Origin: Candidatus Parcubacteria bacterium
GTDB taxonomy: Bacteria > Patescibacteriota > Patescibacteriia > CAIXNZ01
Assembly: GCA_026395685.1 (NCBI GenBank)
Contig: JAPLYG010000001.1
Span: 7,862-71,861, forward strand
DNA: 64,000 nt
Direction of reading: 5' to 3'
The first letter of the stretch is position 1, and each line of letters begins with the position of its first letter. Under the pieces are notes generated by a model. It saw only the letters and a program-made list of their open reading frames with translations, was not told where the DNA came from and did not search any database. Position numbers and translations under genes: made by a program. Shown here piece by piece: positions 59,168 through 64,000 of the stretch.

Positions 59168-59308
59168 AACTTAGCCTTTTGCAGAAATTCGACTTATTTC
59201 TACGCGTAAAAGGTAAATTTTCATATTATTATGATATCATAATTGAGATAGAAAGTCAACAGCTATGGTAATTAGAACAAAAAAACAAGACTTGCGTCTT
59301 ATTTTTCC

Positions 59309-59382
59309 TTGGGCGAGTAAAGGGAATCGAACCCTTGTTAACGGGACCACAACCCGCTGCTCTACCATTGAGCTATACCCGC
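59309..59382 (-). tRNA. tRNA-His(GUG) with encoded G-1 and C73. CCA not fully encoded.
   Basis: Minus strand reads 'G-GCGGGTATAGCTCAATGGTAGAGCAGCGGGTTGTGGTCCCGTTAACAAGGGTTCGATTCCCTTTACTCGC-C'. Anticodon loop 'TTGTGGT'. Confidence 0.8.
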
Positions 59383-59528
59383 CACGAAAATAGTTTAAAG
59401 TTCAAAGTGCAAAGTTTGAAGTTACAATGTAAAGTTTAAAATTTTGGAATAATTATTTAACATGTCCTTCCTAAACTTTGAATTATTAACTGCAATTTTA
59501 CATTTTAAATTTTGAACTTTTAACTATC

Positions 59529-59587
59529 CGTGTGTCCCCGCTAGGAATCTCCCGCGAAGCAGGATCCGCCTCTGGCGGAGAACCTTG
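59529..59587 (-). repeat. GGATCCGCC-hairpin element plus a duplicated 3' end of tRNA-Arg
   Basis: Minus strand immediately 3' of tRNA-Arg reads 'TCCGCCAGAGGCGGATCC...', then 'TTCCTAGCGGGGACAC', a repeat of the tRNA T-stem and acceptor 3' strand. Confidence 0.55.
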
Positions 59588-59659
59588 TGTCCCCGCTAGG
59601 AATCGAACCTAGATCTAAAGCTTAGAAGGCTTTCGTTCTATCCATTGAACTACAGGGAC
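59588..59659 (-). tRNA. tRNA-Arg(UCU). CCA not encoded.
   Basis: Minus strand reads 'GTCCCTGTAGTTCAATGGATAGAACGAAAGCCTTCTAAGCTTTAGATCTAGGTTCGATTCCTAGCGGGGACA'. Anticodon loop 'CTTCTAA'. Confidence 0.8.
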
Positions 59660-59679
59660 TTATTTAATTTGTGGGTACT

Positions 59680-59730
59680 CCATTGTCCCGCGGCGCGGGA
59701 TCCGCCTCCGGCGGAAACTACAGGGACGAA
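59680..59730 (-). repeat. tRNA-Arg 5' fragment interrupted by GGATCCGCC-hairpin element
   Basis: Minus strand reads 'GTCCCTGTAGTT' (tRNA-Arg positions 1-12), then 'TCCGCCGGAGGCGGATCCCGCGCCGCGGGA', then 'CAATGGA' (D-loop). Confidence 0.55.
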
Positions 59731-59960
59731 ATCCGCTCTGTCATTCCGAATGTTAATGAGGAATCTCTTTGGGTTTCGGTATCCAAGGAGATCCTTCGCT
59801 ATGCTCAGGATGACAGAGCGGATTTTAATTTAAAAAAGCTCAAAGCTCAAAGCTCCGAGCCCAGAGCTTACTCGTATTTTAGCAGAAAAATTTAGTTTAG
59901 TCAATATTAAAAAGGCGAGAGAACTCGCCTTTTGTCAGCAGTGGGAAAATCGTTTATCGA

Positions 59961-60320
59961 CTATCTTTTTCTGGCCAGATAATCCTCTGGGAATTTGGCT
60001 GGAATGATGATCAGCGCTTTGCAGTGTCGGCATTTAATTTCCAGTTTGTTACCGAGAAATCTGCCTAAAAGATTACCGCAGTCACACCTTTCATCCAGGT
60101 ATTTATTCGGCTCTTTACCGATTGAAATCTCCAAGTCAATCTGGCAGGGAATGAATATTAACCGTTTACAACGGCGGCATTTAATTTCAATACCGCTGGT
60201 ATCTCCCGTAACCACTTTGCAGAACAAAGTTCCGCAATCGCAACGTACTTCGTTGCCGATAATCCTAATCCGTGGCCTGTTACCCTTAAAAACTCTGTTG
60301 GTTCTGGGGTCATTAGCCAT
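59961..60320 (-). CDS. Tandem Mu Com-like zinc-ribbon protein
   Basis: Two repeats 'CDCGTLFCKVVTGDTSGIEIKCRRCKRLIFI' and 'CDCGNLLGRFLGNKLEIKCRHCKALIIIP'. Confidence 0.5.
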   Translation of the reverse strand: MANDPRTNRVFKGNRPRIRIIGNEVRCDCGTLFCKVVTGDTSGIEIKCRRCKRLIFIPCQIDLEISIGKEPNKYLDERCDCGNLLGRFLGNKLEIKCRHCKALIIIPAKFPEDYLARKR

Positions 60321-60413
60321 TTTTTACCTCCTAAGGTATTTTTTCGACTTCAGTTGAAGTCTCCGTTAAATTATCAGGAAGCAAATAATATGTCAAGGCG
60401 ATTATTCTTATGT

Positions 60414-61352
60414 TTAGCCTTTAGTTTTATGATGAAAATTCTTATAAACTTCGCGCAGTTGCTTATCAGTAATATGAGTATAAATTTGAGTAGTGGTAAT
60501 TGATGAATGTCCCAGCATCATCTGGACTGAACGGATATCAGCGCCGTTTTGGAGCAGATCCGTGGCAAAGGAATGGCGCAACACATGGGGAGTAATTTTT
60601 TTGGTAATGCCGGCAATCTTGGCGCATTTTTGGACGATCCTTTGAACTGACCGCGGAGTTAAGCCTTTATCTTCTTTGGTTTTATTGCGTTTTATTCCGG
60701 CTTTGTCATGATTGGTAAATAAATAGGCGGACATATCTTTGCGGGCATCACAATATTTTTTTATCCAGTGTTTGGCCTGGTTGGATAAAAAGACGACACG
60801 TAATTTCGAGCCTTTGCCGCGGACCGTGAATTCGTCTTTATTGAGGTTGATTGCCTCTTTTTTCAAGCCGGCTAATTCAGAAACACGCAATCCGGTACAA
60901 AATAAAGTTTCCAGAATTGCTTTGTCGCGCAGTTGTAATATTTCCGGCTGATCAATTTTAAAAGGCGCTTCCAGAAAGTTTTGCAAATCAGAGCCTTCCA
61001 AAAATTCGATCTGGCGTTCGGGCATTTTGGCTAGTTCAATTTTTTCCGGAGCTAAAGTTTTAATATCCTGTTTGGCTAAATACTTTAAAAAAGCGCGCAA
61101 GGCGATCAGATGATAATTCTGAGTATTTTTTTTCAGCGGCGAACCAGCCGCATCTGTTTGCCTGTTGAGCCATAAGCGATAATTGCGCACAGAATCCTGG
61201 GTGATTTGTTCTGCGCCGGAAAAACCAGACCAAGCCAAAAAACGGTTGAGATAGAAATGATAATTCTCAATCGTATTGCGCGCCCGGCCTTTTTCAATTT
61301 CGAGGTATTCGAGAAATTGGCGGATTAGGTTTTGGAGATTTGGTGATGGCAT
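60414..61352 (-). CDS. Tyrosine recombinase XerC/XerD family
   Basis: C-terminal catalytic region 'RHSFATDLLQNGADIRSVQMMLGHSSITTTQIYTH' (R..H..R..Y pentad). Confidence 0.85.
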   Translation of the reverse strand: MPSPNLQNLIRQFLEYLEIEKGRARNTIENYHFYLNRFLAWSGFSGAEQITQDSVRNYRLWLNRQTDAAGSPLKKNTQNYHLIALRAFLKYLAKQDIKTLAPEKIELAKMPERQIEFLEGSDLQNFLEAPFKIDQPEILQLRDKAILETLFCTGLRVSELAGLKKEAINLNKDEFTVRGKGSKLRVVFLSNQAKHWIKKYCDARKDMSAYLFTNHDKAGIKRNKTKEDKGLTPRSVQRIVQKCAKIAGITKKITPHVLRHSFATDLLQNGADIRSVQMMLGHSSITTTQIYTHITDKQLREVYKNFHHKTKG

Positions 61353-61670
61353 GTATTTTAATAGGATTGTGAGGGAGAATAGGAAGAAGATGATTAGATG
61401 ACTGTAGGAAAATAGGATAATAGGACAAAATCAGTCATCTAATCCTGTAATCCTATTCTCCTTTTCTTCCTCTTCTTCCTTTAACTCCTCTTATAAACAC
61501 ATTTTACGACACTTTGGAATCTTTGTAAATAAACTAGAGAAATTAATTAGTAAGTTAGAGTTAGATTTTGGATATATTTTGACTTGACAAGGTAATGCGA
61601 ATATGGTAATTTGCCAAATCGTACATATTGTCCTTTTAAAGCAATAACAACCAAGGGAAAGGAGAAAGTC

Positions 61671-61991
61671 ATGTGGGAAGTGCTTGAATTGGTTTTGTTG
61701 GCCATTATTTTTGTGATGGGTGTAACTCAGGTGGTTATTCCTGCGTTTTCCAAACTGCCCTTTTTTTGGCTCTTTCGCCAAAACGGCTTCAAAAGGCTCA
61801 TAAAGGCTGAGACAGATTTGACCGAAGCAGAAGTTGAGAGTGAAGCCCGCCAAGTTGAAAGAGAAGCGTGGGATAAAAAGTTGGACGGGTTGGGGATTGA
61901 CCATGATGAAAAACAAGATTCCGATAGTAATTTTGGGATACCGGAAACCAAACGCAGACAACAGCAGAAAGAAAGGGAGAAGGGAAAATGA
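61671..61991 (+). CDS. Small membrane protein, NfeD-like partner of the SPFH gene
   Basis: RBS 'AGGAGAAAG' before Met 'MWEVLELVLLAIIFVMGV'. The stop overlaps the start of the SPFH gene (ATGA). The minus-strand ORF 61491-62009 is considered spurious. Confidence 0.45.
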   Translation: MWEVLELVLLAIIFVMGVTQVVIPAFSKLPFFWLFRQNGFKRLIKAETDLTEAEVESEARQVEREAWDKKLDGLGIDHDEKQDSDSNFGIPETKRRQQQKEREKGK

Positions 61992-63229
61992 GAGACGACA
62001 GTTATTCACCGCAGGGGCTTTTTAAAAAGACCATCGGAGTCTTGGCGATACTCGCCTTGTTTGTGCTGGCAGCAGCGTCGACCAAGCTTTTTGAGCAGGT
62101 CGCGGCCGGCGAGATCGTGGTTATCCAGGATCCGTATGACGGCGAACTGCATTTTTACACTGACCCCGGACTGGTCTATCAGAACCTCGGACATGCGACC
62201 CATTACAAAAAATCCTTCCAGTACTGGTTTTCTAAGATGGATGATCAGGGCAATACCAAGGATCAGTCCATCAAGATCCGCTTCAATGACGGCGGTCACG
62301 CCACCATCAGCGGATCAGTGCGTGTGGATTTACCGGTCGATAAGGTTATGCTGAGGGATATTCACACGCGTTTGGGTAGTCAGGCTGCAATTGAGCAGGA
62401 AGTGATCAGGACCGTGATCGAAAAATCGGTTTACATGAGTGGACCGCTCATGTCCTCCAAGGAAAGCTACGCTGAAAAGAGAAACAGTCTGATCACATAC
62501 ATCGAAGATCAGGCTGCCTCGGGAATTTACCGGACAATCTCCAAGGAGGCCAAAGTTACTGATCCCCTGACCGGAACGGATAAAACCGTTACCCAGGTCG
62601 AGATCGCGACTGATGCTGCGGGCCTTTTACTGCGGCAAGAGTCTTCTCCACTTCTGCGTTTCGGCTTGAAGCTCTACAACCTTTCCATCAACGCCATCGA
62701 CTATGACGGCGAAGTGGAAAAGCAGATCAACAGCCAGCAGCAGGCGACCATGGAGGTTCAGACCGCCATGGCCGAGGCCAAAAAAGCTGAACAGCGCGCC
62801 ATTACCGTGGAAAAGCAGGGTGAAGCCAATGCTGCCACTGCCAAGTGGGAGCAGGAAACCATTAAAGCCAAGGCAGTGGTTGAAGCGCAGATGCGTCTGG
62901 ACGTGGCTACTCTGGATCGCCAGGCCGCGGAACAGACCAAGCAGAAGGAAATCCTGCTTGGTGAAGGCGAGGCTACCAGGAAAAAGCTGGTAATGGAAGC
63001 GGACGGTGCTTTGAGCCAGAAACTGGAAGCCTGGACTAAAGTCAACGAACTGTACGCCAACGCCATCTCCAATTACAAGGGCAATTGGGTGCCCGGCGTC
63101 ATGATGGGTGGGAGCAGTGCCAACTACGGAAACGGCGCTCAGGATCTGATCAACTTGTTGTCGGTAAGTACCGCCAAACAGTTGAGTCTGGATATGAGCG
63201 TCCCCGCCGGCAATCAGCCCCCCAAGTAA
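61988..63229 (+). CDS. SPFH/band-7 (flotillin-like) membrane-associated protein
   Basis: N-terminal TM. SPFH core, then an Ala/Glu/Lys-rich coiled-coil 'AMAEAKKAEQRAITVEKQGEANAATAKWEQE'. GC-rich. Confidence 0.75.
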   Translation: MRDDSYSPQGLFKKTIGVLAILALFVLAAASTKLFEQVAAGEIVVIQDPYDGELHFYTDPGLVYQNLGHATHYKKSFQYWFSKMDDQGNTKDQSIKIRFNDGGHATISGSVRVDLPVDKVMLRDIHTRLGSQAAIEQEVIRTVIEKSVYMSGPLMSSKESYAEKRNSLITYIEDQAASGIYRTISKEAKVTDPLTGTDKTVTQVEIATDAAGLLLRQESSPLLRFGLKLYNLSINAIDYDGEVEKQINSQQQATMEVQTAMAEAKKAEQRAITVEKQGEANAATAKWEQETIKAKAVVEAQMRLDVATLDRQAAEQTKQKEILLGEGEATRKKLVMEADGALSQKLEAWTKVNELYANAISNYKGNWVPGVMMGGSSANYGNGAQDLINLLSVSTAKQLSLDMSVPAGNQPPK

Positions 63230-63240
63230 CGCACAACCAA

Positions 63241-63269
63241 CCCCCGTCTGAATAAGGCGGGGGTTTTTA
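63241..63269 (+). terminator. Rho-independent terminator
   Basis: 'CCCCCGTCTGAATAAGGCGGGGG' followed by 'TTTTT'. Confidence 0.8.
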
Positions 63270-63487
63270 ATTAGGTTACAAATTTACTGATAAGCTACAG
63301 ATCTACGGATTTTGTCCCCGTAATTATATTAGTAGATTCGTAGCAAATTCGCAGATTAGCATCAATACTTTGTCTTGACATACATGAATTTAAGTGTTAC
63401 CATTACCTTAGCTAATAAAGTTAAGCGTTTTCTCGGTTTTGGGGCGGCTCCCACACTCGGATAAGCGCAATAGAAAGATTTAAAATT

Positions 63488-63781
63488 ATGCCATTAAGTA
63501 AAGAACAAAAGGACCGGGTAATTAAAAAGTACCGCGTCCATGACACTGACACCGGTTCAGCTGAAGTGCAGATTGCCATCTTGACTGAAGAAATTAAGCA
63601 GCTGACAAACCACATGAAAGAACATAAACATGATTATTCCAGCCGTTTGGGCTTAATCAGAAAAGTTCAGGAACGAAAGAGGTTATTAGATTACTTAAGA
63701 AGGGAAAATTTTGAAAGTTATGAAAAATTGGCTAAAGAATTAAAGTTGAAAGTTGCTCAACAAAAAATTGAACAATTATAA
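63488..63781 (+). CDS. rpsO: 30S ribosomal protein S15
   Basis: 'DTGSAEVQIAILTEEIKQLTNHMKEHKHDYSSRLGLIRKVQERKRLLDYL'. Confidence 0.9.
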   Translation: MPLSKEQKDRVIKKYRVHDTDTGSAEVQIAILTEEIKQLTNHMKEHKHDYSSRLGLIRKVQERKRLLDYLRRENFESYEKLAKELKLKVAQQKIEQL

Positions 63782-63931
63782 TATTTAATTAATTCCCCGT
63801 GCTAAGCGGGGATTTTGGTTAATAAGGAAATATCGGAACCACAGATTTTTATTCACTGATTGCACAGATTATTGGGGAAATTGGTCATCAGTGTTATCTG
63901 TGAATTTAAATCAGTGGTTAAGCTTATTCAT

Positions 63932-64000
63932 ATGAAAAAACATTCAGACCAGCGCGTCGGCGTATTCGTCGATGTGCAAAACATGTACCATTCCGCTAAG
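63932..64000 (+). CDS. NYN/LabA-like domain protein, 3'-truncated by the window end
   Basis: 'MKKHSDQRVGVFVDVQNMYHSAK' matches the NYN N-terminal signature. Confidence 0.45.
   Translation, partial: MKKHSDQRVGVFVDVQNMYHSAK

Noticed and set aside
61491-62009. 172-aa minus-strand ORF
   Set aside because: It is antisense to the NfeD-like small membrane gene, which has an RBS and start/stop coupling to the SPFH gene. Its composition is low-complexity.
1-64000. CRISPR arrays and rRNA genes
   Set aside because: No regularly spaced direct repeats of 24-40 bp and no rRNA-like conserved blocks were seen anywhere in the window.

Overview
The window is AT-rich (about 30% GC by eye) and gene-dense, and the gene content looks like a CPR/Patescibacteria-type bacterium. 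Supporting features are many polytopic membrane proteins, cohesin/dockerin surface proteins, TsaD/TsaE, PilB, FtsH, TrmB and giant hypothetical proteins. Left part (0-12.3 kb): a SAM methyltransferase, two paralogous GT-C-like giant membrane proteins (one with tandem CBM-like repeats), a dockerin protein next to a cohesin protein, and a PAS histidine kinase flanked by two receiver-only response regulators. Middle part (12.5-31.7 kb): a mobile/defense island. It contains (1) an MmeI-like type IIG R-M gene interrupted by a single in-frame TAA; (2) a SIR2-HerA pair; (3) three uncharacterised nuclease-rich gene pairs (a PD-(D/E)xK protein plus a YraN-like mini-nuclease; a TcmP-like protein plus an SPL/COG1533-like Cys-motif protein; DUF2779 plus a PD-(D/E)xK protein behind a structured GC-rich leader); (4) a phage-derived block (ParB-MTase, MTase, TerS, TerL, large serine recombinase) abutting tRNA-Glu; (5) a YhbQ-like GIY-YIG gene between tRNA-Glu and a duplicated 5' half of that tRNA. 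Right part (32-64 kb): tsaD, tsaE, pilB-like ATPase, ftsH and a TrmB-like regulator in AT-rich DNA. A conspicuously GC-richer mosaic segment carries a secreted beta-barrel-like protein, a Cys-repeat secreted protein, purL, purM and a hypothetical gene, punctuated by two families of intergenic repeats. After that come a 1874-aa giant protein, GTP-PEPCK, a lipoprotein, Csp, tRNA-His and tRNA-Arg embedded in GGATCCGCC-hairpin/tRNA-fragment repeats, a tandem Com-like zinc-ribbon gene, XerC/D, an NfeD-like/SPFH pair, rpsO and a truncated NYN-domain gene. No rRNA or CRISPR array was seen.
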